DNA of 64,000 bases from Isurus oxyrinchus (taxonomy: Eukaryota), in contig JANJGN010000010.1 of NCBI GenBank assembly GCA_026770705.1, positions 94,488,001-94,552,000 on the forward strand. Reading direction: 5' to 3'. The notes below the pieces were generated by a model. That model saw only the letters and a list, made by a program, of their open reading frames with translations. It did not search any database and was not told where the DNA came from. The number at the start of each line of letters is the position of its first letter. Position 1 is the first letter of the stretch. The position numbers were made by a program, and so were the translations under genes. This document shows, piece after piece, positions 1 to 15,249 of the stretch.

Positions 1-1535
1 TTGATCCTCATTCATGCATTCTCAGGGCTTGTCCTGATCAAAAATGTCTCAGGATTGATCCTGATCAAAACACTCTCTGGATTTTTCCTGATCATCCCAC
101 TCTCATGTTTGATCCTGAAACACAAAATCTGACGGTTGATCCTTATCCAAACACTCTCAGGTCTGATCCTGATCCCCCACCTTCAGGATTGACCCTGAAA
201 CACAAACTCTCGGGATTGATCTTGATCCACATATTCTCAGGATTGATCTTGATGCACACACTCTCTGGATTGAGCCTTTTGCACACACTCTCACACAATT
301 GATCTTGATCTACTACACTCAGGATTGATCCTGATCCACATACTCTCAGGATTGATCCAGATCCACACATCCTGGAATTTGAAACTGATCCGACACACTT
401 GCAGGATTAAACCTGATTCACACATTCTCTTGATGGACACTGATCCCACACACTCTCAGGATTTATTCTGATCTACACACTTTCATGATTGATCCTAATG
501 CACACACTCTCAGGATTGATCCTGATCCACACACTGTCAGGACTGATCCTGATCCACTGCACTCAGGTTTGCTGCTGATCCCTCATATTCACACTATTGA
601 TCCTGATCCCACACACTCTCAGGATTGACACTGATACAACAGACTCTCAGGACTGAGCCCGATACACACACTCTCAAGGTTGATCCAGATCCACACACCC
701 TCAGCATTTATCATGATCCCTCCACACTCCAGATTGGCCCTGATCCACACACTATCAGGATTGTTCTTGATCAACACACTCTCAGGATTGATACTCATCC
801 ACGCATTCTCATGATTGATCCTGATCAATAAAGTCTCAGGATTAATCCTGATTATAACTCTCACTGGACTGAACATGATCCACACACTCTCAGAATTGAT
901 CCTGATCCGCACACTCACAGGATTGATCCAGATGAACAAACTCTCAGGATTAATCCTGATCAACACACTCTAAGTATTGATCCAGATTCATACACTCTCT
1001 GGATTTTTCCTGATCCAGACTCCCAGGGTTGACCTCATTCATGCATTCTCAGGGTTTGTCCTGATCAAAAAAGTCCTAGGATTGATCCTGATTGAAACAC
1101 TCTCCGGATTGCTCCTGATCATCCCACTCTCATGACTGATCCTGAAACACACAATCTGAGGGTTGATCCTTAGCAAACACTCTCAGGTCTGATCCTGATC
1201 CCCCACTCTCAGGATTGACCCTGAACCACAAACTCTAGGGATTGATCTTGATCCACATATTCTCAGGATTGATCTTGATGCATGCACTCTCTGGATTGAG
1301 CCTTTTGCACACACTCTCAGACAATTGATCTTGATCTACTACACTCAGGATTGATCCTGATCCACATACTCTCAGGATTGATCCAGATCCACACACCCTG
1401 GAATTTGAAACTGATCCGACACACTTGCAGGATTAAACCTGATTCACACACTCTCTTGATGGACACTGATCCCACACACTCTCACGATTTCTCCCGATTA
1501 ACACACTGTCATGATTGATCCTGATGTGCACACTC
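1..1535 (+). repeat. Diverged local duplication, period ~1,026 bp (38 x 27)
   Basis: 1-~510 matches ~1029-1535. Diagnostic GAATTTGAAACTGATCCGACACACTTGCAGG at 375 and 1401; GGATTGAGCCTTTTGCACAC is also shared. Confidence 0.85.
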
Positions 1536-2055
1536 TCAGCATTGATCCTGATCTATACACACACACAGTACTGAACCTAATACACACACTCTCAGGATTG
1601 GCCCTGATCTCCCACATTCTCAGTATTGATCCTGATCCACACACTCTCAGAGCTGATCCTGATCCACACACTCACAGGATTGATCCTGATGCACATGCTC
1701 TAAGGATTAATACAGATCCACACACTCTCAGGATTGCTCCTGATTCACACAAGATCAGCATTGACCCTGATCCACACACTCATGGGATTGACAGTAATCA
1801 TCACACTCTCAGGATTGATCCCGAACCACACACTGTCAGGATTGATCCTGATCCAAATGCTCTCAGGCTTGATCCTTATCCACACACTCTCAGGATTGAT
1901 ACTAATCCACACAGTGTCAAGATTGATCCTGATTGTCACTCTATCAGGATTGATCATGATTCCCCACACTCTGTGGATTGATCCTGATCTCATTGCTTTC
2001 ATGATAGAGCCTCGTGCCCAACACTCTCTGCATTGATCCTGATCCACATACTCAT

Positions 2056-5000
2056 TGGACAAAACCTGATCCACACACTCAGAGGATAAATCCTGATCTA
2101 CACACTCTCAGGATTGATACTGATCCACACACACTGTCAGGACTCATCCTGATCCAGACAATCACTAGATTACTCCTGATCCACACAATCTGAGGATTGA
2201 TCCAGATCCACAGACTTTCTGGATTAATCTTGATACACCATCCTCTCAGGAATGATCCTGATGTACAAACTCTCAGGGTTGATCCTGATCCAGACTCTCT
2301 CAGAATTGATTCTGATCCACACACACTCTCATGATTGATCCTAGTCCACACACTTTCAGGATTGATCCTGCCCCATGCACTCTCTGAGGTGATGCTAATC
2401 CTCACAATCTCAGGATTGATCGCTATCCACACACCCCTAGGAATAGTCATGTTCCAGCCACTCTCAGCATTGATCCTGATCCACACATTTTCAGGATTCA
2501 CCATGAACTACACACTGGCATTATTAACCCAGATCCCCATCACTCTCAGAAATGAAATTGATCCACGTACTCTCAGGATTGATCATGATCCACATACTCT
2601 CAGGATTGATCCTGATCCACACAATCAGGTTTGCCCCTGATCCCTCATATTTGCACTATTGATCCTGATCCCACACACTCTCAGGATTGACACTGATACA
2701 ACGCACTCTCAGGATTGAGCCCAATACACACACTCTCAGGGTTGATCCAGATCCACACATTCAATGGATTGATCCTGATGCACACACTCTCTGGATTGAT
2801 CTTGATTCTCACTCTCTCAGGATTGTTTATGTTCCCCCACAATCTGTGGATTTATCCTGATCCCTACACTCACAGGACGGAAACTGATCCAAACTATCTC
2901 AGTATAAATTCTGATCTACAAAGTCTCAGGATTCATACTGATGCACAAACACTGTCAGGAAGGACCCTGATCCACACAATCTCTAGATTACTCATGAGCT
3001 ACAAAATCTCAGGATTGATCCAGATCCACACACTTTCTGGATTGATCCTGATCACCCATCCTCTTGGTTTTATCCTGATCCCCACACCTTCAGGATTGAC
3101 CCTGATCCCCCACACTCTCAGGATTGATCCTGAGGCCACACTCTTAGTATTGGTCCTGATACACACACTCTCAGGGTTGGTCCTGATCCAGACTTTCTCA
3201 GAATTGATTCTGATACACATACTGTCAGGGTTGATCCTGATCCACATAATGTTAGGATTGATCCTGATTCACCAACTTTCTGAATTGATGCTAATCCACA
3301 CCATCTCAGCATTGATTCCTACCAAACACTCTTAGGAATAATCCACATTCAGTCACTCTCAGGATTGTGTCTGATCCACACACTCTCAGGATTGATCCTT
3401 ATCAAGGCATTCACTGGATTGTTCCTCATGTAGACACTCTCATTGTTGATCCTAAAAAACATACTCTCAGCATTGACCCTGATCACCTCCACACACCCCC
3501 ACCCAAGCCCCCCCAACATGCACACTCAGGATTAACCCTGATCCACACATTATGAGGATTGATCCTGATCCACACACTGTCAGGATTGATCCAGATCCAC
3601 ACACCCTGGAATTTGAAACTGATCCGACACACTTGCAGGATTAAACCTGATTCACACACTCTCTTGATGGACACTGATCCCACACACTCTTACGATTTCT
3701 CCCGATCAACACACTGTCATGATTGATCCTGCTGCGCACACTCTCAGCATTGATCCTGATCTATACACACACACAGTACTGAACCTAATCCACACACTCT
3801 CAAGATTGGCCCTGATCTCCCACAGTCTCAGTATTGATCCTGATCCACACACTCTCAGAGCTGATCCTGATCCACACACTCACAGGATTGATCCTGATGC
3901 ACATGCTCTAAGGATTAATACAGATCCACACACTCTCAGGATTGCTCCTGATTCACACAAGATCAGCATTGACCCTGATCCACACACTCATGGGATTGAC
4001 AGTGATCATCACACTCTCAGGATTGATCCCGAACCACACACTGTCAGGATTGATCCTGATCCAAATGCTCTCAGGCTTGATCTTTATCCACACACTCTCA
4101 GGATTGATACTAATCTACACAGTGTCACGATTGATCCTGATTGTCACTCTATCAGGATTGATCATGATTCCCCACACTCTGTGGATTGATCCTGATCTCA
4201 TTGCTTTCATGATAGAGCCTCGTGCCCAACACTCTCTGCATTGATCCTGATCCACATACTCAATGGACAAAACCTGATCCACACACTCAGAGGATAAATC
4301 CTGATCTACACACTCTCAGGATTGATACTGATCCACACACACTGTCAGGACTCATCCTGATCCAGACAATCACTAGATTACTCCTGATCCACACAATCTG
4401 AGGATTGATCCAGATCCACAGACTTTCTGGATTAATCTTGATACACCATCCTCTCAGGAATGATCCTGATGTACAAACTCTCAGGGTTGATCCTGATCCA
4501 GACTCTCTCAGAATTGATTCTGATCCACACACACTCTCATGATTGATCCTAGTCCACACACTTTCAGGATTGATCCTGCCCCATGCACTCTCTGAGGTGA
4601 TGCTAATCCTCACAATCTCAGGATTGATCGCTATCCACACACCCCTAGGAATAGTCATGTTCCAGCCACTCTCAGCATTGATCCTGATCCACACATTTTC
4701 AGGATTCACCATGAACTACACACTGGCATTATTAACCCAGATCCCCATCACTCTCAGAAATGAAATTGATCCACGTACTCTCAGGATTGATCATGATCCA
4801 CATACTCTCAGGATTGATCCTGATCCACACAATCAGGTTTGCCCCTGATCCCTCATATTTGCACTATTGATCCTGATCCCACACACTCTCAGGATTGACA
4901 CTGATACAACGCACTCTCAGGATTGAGCCCAATACACACACTCTCAGGGTTGATCCAGATCCACACATTCAATGGATTGATCCTGATGCACACACTCTCT

Positions 5001-8000
5001 GGATTGATCTTGATTCTCACTCTCTCAGGATTGTTTATGTTCCCCCACAATCTGTGGATTTATCCTGATCCCTACACTCACAGGACGGAAACTGATCCAA
5101 ACTATCTCAGTATAAATTCTGATCTACAAAGTCTCAGGATTCATACTGATGCACAAACACTGTCAGGAAGGACCCTGATCCACACAATCTCTAGATTACT
5201 CATGAGCTACAAAATCTCAGGATTGATCCAGATCCACACACTTTCTGGATTGATCCTGATCACCCACCCTCTTGGTTTTATCCTGATCCCCACACCTTCA
5301 GGATTGACCCTGATCCCCCACACTCTCAGGATTGATCCTGAGGCCACACTCTTAGTATTGGTCCTGATACACACACTCTCAGGGTTGGTCCTGATCCAGA
5401 CTTTCTCAGAATTGATTCTGATACACATACTGTCAGGGTTGATCCTGATCCACATAATGTTAGGATTGATCCTGATTCACCAACTTTCTGAATTGATGCT
5501 AATCCACACCATCTCAGCATTGATTCCTACCAAACACTCTTAGGAATAATCCACATTCAGTCACTCTCAGGATTGTGTCTGATCCACACACTCTCAGGAT
5601 TGATCCTCATCAAGGCATTCACTGGATTGTTCCTCATGTAGACACTCTCATTGTTGATCCTAAAAAACATACTCTCAGCATTGACCCTGATCACCTCCAC
5701 ACACCCCCACCCAAGCCCCCCCAACATGCACACTCAGGATTAACCCTGATCCACACATTATGAGGATTGATCCTGATCCACACACTGTCAGGATTGATCC
5801 AGATCCACACACCCTGGAATTTGAAACTGATCCGACACACTTGCAGGATTAAACCTGATTCACACACTCTCTTGATGGACACTGATCCCACACACTCTTA
5901 CGATTTCTCCCGATCAACACACTGTCATGATTGATCCTGCTGCGCACACTCTCAGCATTGATCCTGATCTATACACACACACAGTACTGAACCTAATCCA
6001 CACACTCTCAAGATTGGCCCTGATCTCCCACAGTCTCAGTATTGATCCTGATCCACACACTCTCAGAGCTGATCCTGATCCACACACTCACAGGATTGAT
6101 CCTGATGCACATGCTCTAAGGATTAATACAGATCCACACACTCTCAGGATTGCTCCTGATTCACACAAGATCAGCATTGACCCTGATCCACACACTCATG
6201 GGATTGACAGTGATCATCACACTCTCAGGATTGATCCCGAACCACACACTGTCAGGATTGATCCTGATCCAAATGCTCTCAGGCTTGATCTTTATCCACA
6301 CACTCTCAGGATTGATACTAATCTACACAGTGTCACGATTGATCCTGATTGTCACTCTATCAGGATTGATCATGATTCCCCACACTCTGTGGATTGATCC
6401 TGATCTCATTGCTTTCATGATAGAGCCTCGTGCCCAACACTCTCTGCATTGATCCTGATCCACATACTCAATGGACAAAACCTGATCCACACACTCAGAG
6501 GATAAATCCTGATCTACACACTCTCAGGATTGATACTGATCCACACACACTGTCAGGACTCATCCTGATCCAGACAATCACTAGATTACTCCTGATCCAC
6601 ACAATCTGAGGATTGATCCAGATCCACAGACTTTCTGGATTAATCTTGATACACCATCCTCTCAGGAATGATCCTGATGTACAAACTCTCAGGGTTGATC
6701 CTGATCCAGACTCTCTCAGAATTGATTCTGATCCACACACACTCTCATGATTGATCCTAGTCCACACACTTTCAGGATTGATCCTGCCCCATGCACTCTC
6801 TGAGGTGATGCTAATCCTCACAATCTCAGGATTGATCGCTATCCACACACCCCTAGGAATAGTCATGTTCCAGCCACTCTCAGCATTGATCCTGATCCAC
6901 ACATTTTCAGGATTCACCATGAACTACACACTGGCATTATTAACCCAGATCCCCATCACTCTCAGAAATGAAATTGATCCACGTACTCTCAGGATTGATC
7001 ATGATCCACATACTCTCAGGATTGATCCTGATCCACACAATCAGGTTTGCCCCTGATCCCTCATATTTGCACTATTGATCCTGATCCCACACACTCTCAG
7101 GATTGACACTGATACAATGCACTCTCAGGATTGAGCCCAATACACACACTCTCAGGGTTGATCCAGATCCACACATTCAATGGATTGATCCTGATGCACA
7201 CACTCTCTGGATTGATCTTGATTCTCACTCTCTCAGGATTGTTTATGTTCCCCCACAATCTGTGGATTTATCCTGATCCCTACACTCACAGGACGGAAAC
7301 TGATCCAAACTATCTCAGTATAAATTCTGATCTACAAAGTCTCAGGATTCATACTGATGCACAAACACTGTCAGGAAGGACCCTGATCCACACAATCTCT
7401 AGATTACTCATGAGCTACAAAATCTCAGGATTGATCCAGATCCACACACTTTCTGGATTGATCCTGATCACCCACCCTCTTGGTTTTATCCTGATCCCCA
7501 CACCTTCAGGATTGACCCTGATCCCCCACACTCTCAGGATTGATCCTGAGGCCACACTCTTAGTATTGGTCCTGATACACACACTCTCAGGGTTGGTCCT
7601 GATCCAGACTTTCTCAGAATTGATTCTGATACACATACTGTCAGGGTTGATCCTGATCCACATAATGTTAGGATTGATCCTGATTCACCAACTTTCTGAA
7701 CTGATGCTAATCCACACCATCTCAGCATTGATTCCTACCAAACACTCTTAGGAATAATCCACATCCAGTCACTCTCAGGATTGTGTCTGATCCACACACT
7801 CTCAGGATTGATCCTCATCAAGGCATTCACTGGATTGTTCCTCATGTAGACACTCTCATTGTTGATCCTAAAAAACATACTCTCAGCATTGACCCTGATC
7901 ACCTCCACACACCCCCACCCAAGCCCCCCCAACACGCACACTCAGGATTAACCCTGATCCACACATTATGAGGATTGATCCTGATCCACACACTGTCAGG

Positions 8001-8727
8001 ATTGATCCAGATCCACACACCCTGGAATTTGAAACTGATCCGACACACTTGCAGGATTAAACCTGATTCACACACTCTCTTGATGGACACTGATCCCACA
8101 CACTCTTACGATTTCTCCCGATCAACAAACTGTCATGATTGATCCTGATGCGCACACTCTCAGCATTGATCCTGATCTATACACACACACAGTACTGAAC
8201 CTAATCCACACACTCTCAAGATTGGCCCTGATCTCCCACAGTCTCAGTATTGATCCTGATCCACACACTCTCAGAGCTGATCCTGATCCACACACTCACA
8301 GGATTGATCCTGATGCACATGCTCTAAGGATTAATACAGATCCACACACTCTCAGGATTGCTCCTGATTCACACAAGATCAGCATTGACCCTGATCCACA
8401 CACTCATGGGATTGACAGTGATCATCACACTCTCAGGATTGATCCCGAACCACACACTGTCAGGATTGATCCTGATCCAAATGCTCTCAGGCTTGATCTT
8501 TATCCACACACTCTCAGGATTGATACTAATCTACACAGTGTCACGATTGATCCTGATTGTCACTCTATCAGGATTGATCATGATTCCCCACACTCTGTGG
8601 ATTGATCCTGATCTCATTGCTTTCATGATAGAGCCTCGTGCCCAACACTCTCTGCATTGATCCTGATCCACATACTCAATGGACAAAACCTGATCCACAC
8701 ACTCAGAGGATAAATCCTGATCTACAC
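2056..8727 (+). repeat. Recent higher-order repeat: three near-identical tandem copies of a 2,208-bp unit (~82 monomers); homology extends with more divergence to ~1373 on the left and ~9400 on the right
   Basis: Identical translated ORFs at exact 2,208-bp offsets (2335/4543/6751; 2715/4923/7131) and near-identical ones at 3719/5927/8135. Only a handful of substitutions seen between copies. Confidence 0.96.
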
Positions 8728-10154
8728 TCTCTCAGGGTTGATACTGATCTACACACACTGTTAGGACACATCCTGAACCAGACAATCTCTAGATTACTAA
8801 TGATCCACCCAATCTCAGGATTGATCCTGATCCATAGACTTTCTGGATTGATCATAATACACCATCCACTCAGGAATGATCCTGATGTACACACTCTCAG
8901 GGTTGATCCTGATCCAGACTCTCTCAGAATTGATTCCTATCCACAAACAGTCTCAGGATTGATCCTGGTCCATACACTTTCAGGATTGATCCTGCTCCAC
9001 GCACTCTCTGAGGTGATGCTAATCCTCACAATCTCAGGATTGATGCCTGTCCAAACACCCCTAGGAATCATCTTGTTCCAGCCAATCTCAGGATTGATCC
9101 TGATCCACACATTCTCAGGATTCACCATGATCTACACACTGGCATGATTAACCCAGATCCACATCACACCCAGAAATGAAATTGATCCACAGACTCTCAG
9201 GATTGATCATTTTCCACACACTCTCAGGATTCATCCTGATCCACAAGATGTCAGGACTGATCCTGATCCACCGCACTCAGGTTTGCCCCTGATCCCTCAT
9301 ATTCGCACTATTGATCTTGATCCCACACACTCTCAGGATTGACACTGATACAATGCACTCTCAGGTTTGAGCCCAAAACACACACTCTCAAGGTTGATCC
9401 AGAACCACCCACTCTCAGCATTTACCATGATCCCCCCACACTCCAGATTGGCACTGATCCACACATTCTGAGTATTAATCCTGATCCACACACTATCAGG
9501 ATTGAGCTTGATCAACACACTCCCAGGATTAATCCTGACCAACACACTCTCAGGATTGATCCTCATCCACGCATTCTCATAATTGATCCTGATAAACACT
9601 CTCACTATATTGAACATGATCCACAAACTCTCAGAATTGATCCTGATCCCCATGCCCTCATAATTGTCCCTGGTCCTCCAAGCACTCAGGATTGATCCTA
9701 ATCTACACACTCACATGAATGATCCTGATCCACACACTCTCAGGATTGGCCTGGATATCACATACTTTCAAGATACATCCAGATTCATACACTCTCAGGA
9801 TAGACCATGATCCTCACCCTCTCAGGATTGATCCTGATCCACACACTCTCACATTGATCCTGAACCACACACTCACAGGATTGATCCTGATGCACAAACT
9901 GTCAGGATTGATCCTGATGCACCAATTTTCTGGATTGATGCTTATCCGCACAATCTCAGCATTGATCCCTATTCAAACACTCTGGAATAATCCTGATACA
10001 GTAACTCTCAGGATTGTGCCTGATCTACATACGCTCAGGATTGATCCTGATCAAGGCATTCACTATATTGATCCTCATGTAGACACTCTCACGGTTGATC
10101 CTAAAAAACATACTCTCAGCATAGATCCTGATTCCCTCCTGCCCCCCCCCCCCC

Positions 10155-10349
10155 NNNNNNNNNNNNNNNNNNNNNNNNNNNNNNNNNNNNNNNNNNNNNN
10201 NNNNNNNNNNNNNNNNNNNNNNNNNNNNNNNNNNNNNNNNNNNNNNNNNNNNNNNNNNNNNNNNNNNNNNNNNNNNNNNNNNNNNNNNNNNNNNNNNNNN
10301 NNNNNNNNNNNNNNNNNNNNNNNNNNNNNNNNNNNNNNNNNNNNNNNNN
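10155..10349. other. Assembly gap (195 N), directly after a C13 run
   Basis: Run of n; preceded by GCCCCCCCCCCCCC (10141-10154). Confidence 0.99.
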
Positions 10350-10770
10350 CCAAATATTACAAGGATTGACCCTGATCCACCAGACTCTCAGATTGATCCT
10401 GATCCACACACTCACAGGATTGATACTGATGCACACACTCTCAGGATTGATCCTGATTCTCACTCTCTCAGGATTGATCATGATCCCCCACACTCTGTGG
10501 ATTGATCCTGATCCACATAATGTTAGGATTGATCTTGATTCACCAACTTTCTGGATTGATGCTTATCCACACAATCTCAGCATTGATCCCTATCCAAACA
10601 CACTTAGGAATAAGCCTGATCCAGTCAGTCTCAGGATGTTGTCTGATCCACACACTCTCAGGATTGATCCTGATCAAGGCATTCACTGGATTGATCCTCA
10701 TGTAGACACTCTCAATCTTGATCCTAAAAAGCATACTCTCAGCATTGACCCTGATCCCCCTACCCCATGA

Positions 10771-10923
10771 NNNNNNNNNNNNNNNNNNNNNNNNNNNNNN
10801 NNNNNNNNNNNNNNNNNNNNNNNNNNNNNNNNNNNNNNNNNNNNNNNNNNNNNNNNNNNNNNNNNNNNNNNNNNNNNNNNNNNNNNNNNNNNNNNNNNNN
10901 NNNNNNNNNNNNNNNNNNNNNNN
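10771..10923. other. Assembly gap (153 N)
   Basis: Run of n; preceded by CAGCATTGACCCTGATCCCCCTACCCCATGA. Confidence 0.99.
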
Positions 10924-11049
10924 CCCTGATCCATACATTACAAGGATTGATCCTGATCCAAACAATCGCAAGATTGATTCTGATCCACAAACTCTCAGGA
11001 TTGATCCTGATTCACAAGTGCTCAGCATTGACCCTGACCCACACACTGT

Positions 11050-14000
11050 CAGGATTGACCATGATCTACAAACTGGCATGATTAACCCAGATCCCCATCA
11101 CTCTCAGGAATGAAATTGATCCACGCACTCTCAGGATTCATCATGATCCACACACTCTCAGGATTGATCCTGATTCTCAAACTCTCAGGATTGATCCTGA
11201 TCCACACACTGTCAGGACTGATCCTGATCCATTGTACTAAGGTTTGCCCCTGATTCCTCACATTCGCACTATTGATCCTGATCCCACACTCTCTCAGGAT
11301 TGACACTGATACAATGCACTCTCAGGATTGTTCCCAATACACACACTCTCAGGTTCATTCCAGATCCACAAACCCTCAGCATTTACCATGATCCACCCAC
11401 ACTACTGATTGGCCATGATCCACACAATCTGAGGATGAATCCTGATCCACACATTATCAGGATTGATCCTGACCAACACACTCTCTGGATTGACCCTCAT
11501 CCATGCATTTTCATGATTGATCCTGATCAAAAATTCTGAGGATTGATCCTGATCAACACGCTCACTGGATTGAACATGATCCACAGACTCAGAATTGATC
11601 CTGATCCCCATGCTCTCATGATTGTCCCTGGTCCCCCATGCACTCAGGATTGATCTTAATCCACATACTCACAGGAATGAACCTGATCCACACATTCTCA
11701 GGATTGACCCTGATATTGCACACACTCAGGATTCATCCAGATTCACATACTCTCAGGATTGGCCATGATCCTCACCCTCTCAGGATTGATCTCAATCCAC
11801 GCACTCTCAGGGTAGATCCTGATCCAGACTCTGTCAGAAATAATTCTGATCCACACACACTTTCAGGATTGATCCTGGTCCACACACTTTCAGGATTGAT
11901 CCTGATCCACAAACTGTGAGGATTGATCTTGGTCCACACCCTTTCAGGATTGATCCTGATCCACACACTCTCTGAAGTGATGCTAATCCTCACAATCTAT
12001 GGATTGATCCCTATCCACACACCCCTAGGAATAATCTTGTTCCAGCCACTCTCATGATTGATCCTGATCCACACATCCTCAGGATTCACCATGATCTATA
12101 AACTGGCATGATTCACCCAGATTCCCATCACTCTCAGGAATGAAATTGATCCACGCACTCTCAGGATTCATCATGATCCACACACTCTCAGGATTGATCC
12201 TGATCCACACACTGTCAGGATTGATCCTGATCCACACACTCTCAGGATTGATCCTGATCCTCACACTGTCAGAACTGATCCTGATCAGTCACTCTCAGGT
12301 TTGCCCCTGATCCCTCAAATTTGCACTATTGATCCTGATCCCACACACTCTCAGGATTGACACTGATACAAAGCACTCTCAGGATTGATCCCAATACACA
12401 CAGTCTCAGTGTTGATCCAGATCCATAAACCCTCAGCATTTACCATGATCCCCCCACACTCCTGATTGGCCTTGATCCACACAATCTGAGGATGAATCCT
12501 GATCCACACACTATCAGGATTGATCTTGATCAACACTCTCAAGATTAATCCTGACCAACACACTCTCAGGATTAATCCTCATCCATGCATTCTCATGAAT
12601 GATCCTGATCAATAAATTCTCAGGATTGATCCTGATCAACACTCTCACCAGATTTAACATGATGCACACACTCAGAATTGATCCTGATCCCCATACCCTC
12701 ATGATTGTCCCTGGTCCCCCATGCACTCAGGATTGATCCTAATCCACATACTCACAGGCATTATCCTGATCCACACTTTCTCAGAATTGACCCTGATATT
12801 GCACACTCTCAGGATTCATCCAGATTCACACACTCTCAGGATTGACCATGATCCTCACCCTGTCAGGATTGATCCCAATCCTCGCACTCTCAGGGTAGAT
12901 CCTGATCCAGAATCTCTGAATTAATTCTGATCCACACACACTTTCAGGATTGATCCTGGTCCACACACTTTCAGGATTGATCCTGATCCACACACTGTGA
13001 GGATTGATCCTGGTCCACACACTTTCAGGATTGATCCTGATCCACACACTCTCTGAAGTGATGGTAATCCTCACAATCTATGGATTGATCCCTATCCACA
13101 CACCCTTAGGAATAATCTTGTTGCAGCCACTCTCATGATTGATCCTGATCCACACATCCTCAGGATTCACGATGATCTACAAACTGGCATGATTAACCCA
13201 GATCCCCATCACTCTCAGGAATGAAATTGATCCATGCACTCACAGGATTCATCAAGATCCACACAGTCTCAGGATTGATCCTGATCCACACACTGTCAGG
13301 ATTGATCCTGATCCACACACTGTCAGGACTGATCCTCATTCATTTCACTAAGGTTTGCCCCAGATCCCTCACATTTGCACTATTGATCCTGATCTCACAC
13401 ACTCTCAGGATTGACACTGATACAATGCAGTCTCAGGATTGATCCCAATACACACACTCTCAGGGTTGATCCAGTTCCACAAACCCTCAGCATTTACCAT
13501 GATCCCCCCACACTCCTGAATGGCCATGATCCACACAATCTGAGGATGAATCCTGATCCACACACTATCAGGATTGATATTGATCAACACTCTCTGGATT
13601 AATCCTGAGCAACACACTCTCAGGATTGATCCTCATCCACGCAATCTCATGATTGATCCTGATCAATCAAGTCTCAGGATTGATCCTGATCAACACTCTC
13701 ACTGGATTGAACATGATTCACACACACTCAGAATTGATCCTGATCCCCATGCCCTCATGATTTTCCCTGGTCCCCCACGCACTCAGGAATGATCCTGATC
13801 CACACATTCTCAGGATTGACCCTGATATTTCACACTCTCAGGATTCATCCAGATTCACACACTCTCAGGATTGACCATGATCCTCACCTTCTCAGGATTG
13901 ATCCCAATCCACACACTCTCAGGGTTGATCCTGATCCAGACTCTCAAAATTGATTCTGATCCACACACACTCTCAGGATTGATCCTGGTCCACATCCTTT

Positions 14001-14780
14001 CAGGACTGATCCTGATCCACACACTCTCTGAAGTGATGCTAATCCTTACAATCTCAGGATTTATCCCTATCCACACACACCTAGGAATAATTTTGTTCCA
14101 GCCACAATCAGGATTGATCCTGATCCACACATTCTCAGGATTCACCATGATCTACACTTTGGAATGATTAATGCAGATCCTCATCACTCTCAGGAATGAA
14201 ATTGTTCCACACACTCTCAGGATTGATCATGATCCACACACTGTGAGGATAGATCCTGATCCACAAACTCTCAGGATTGATCCTGATCCACACACTGTCA
14301 TAACTGATCCTGATCCACTGCTCTCAGGTTTGCCCCTGATCCCTCATATTCACACTATTGATCCTGATCCACACACTCTCAGGATTGACACTGAAACAAG
14401 GTACTCTCATGATTGATCCCAATACACACACTTTCAGGGTTGATCCACATCCTCACACCCTCAGCATTTAGCATGATTCCCCCACACTCTAAATTGGCCC
14501 TGATTGAAACACTCTGAGGATTAATCCTGATCCACACACTATCAGGATTGATCTTGATCAACACACTCTAAGGATTAATCCTGATCATCACACTCAAAGG
14601 ATTGATCCTCATCCATGCATTCTCATGATTGATCCTGATCAATAAAGTCTCAGGATTGATTCTGATAAACACTCTCACCGGATTTAAAATGATCCACACA
14701 CTCTCAGAATTGATCCTGATCCCCAAGCCCTCATGATTGTCCCTGATCCCCCACGCACGCAGGATTGATCCTGTTCCCCA
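11050..14780 (+). repeat. Diverged higher-order repeat, ~3.5 copies of a ~0.97-1.08 kb unit
   Basis: Marker CTGGCATGATT...GGAATGAAATTG at ~11073, 12103, 13184, 14159. GGTTTGCCCC at ~11241, 12298, 13352, 14327. TCTGAAGTGATG at ~11971, 13052, 14027. Confidence 0.88.
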
Positions 14781-15249
14781 CACTCACAGGAATGTTCCTG
14801 ATCCACACACTCTCAGGATTGATTCTAATACACTGTAGCCCAGATTCTTTCTGATTCACACAGTCTCATCATTTACCCAGCTTCAAACATTCTCATGATT
14901 GTTTTTGATCCTAGGCACTCTCAGGGTTTATCCAGATCCACACAATCTCTGGATTGATCCTGAAAGATACACTTTAAGGGTTGATACTGACCCACACATT
15001 CTCTGGACTGATCCTGATTCACGACTCTCAGGATTGACCATGACCCACAAATTCCCAGGATTGATCCTAATCCACACACTCTCAGGATTGATCTTGATCC
15101 ACACACTCTCTGGATTGATGCTGATGCACACAATCTCAGTATCGATCCGTATCCACACAGTCTTAGGAGTCATTCTGTTCCAGCCACTCTCAGGATTGAT
15201 CCTGATCCAATATTTCTCTGGATTCACCATGATCCACACACTGGTATGA

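Noticed and set aside
10075-11113. ORFs running through X stretches (also 26505-27150)
   Set aside because: They span N gaps and are not real reading frames.
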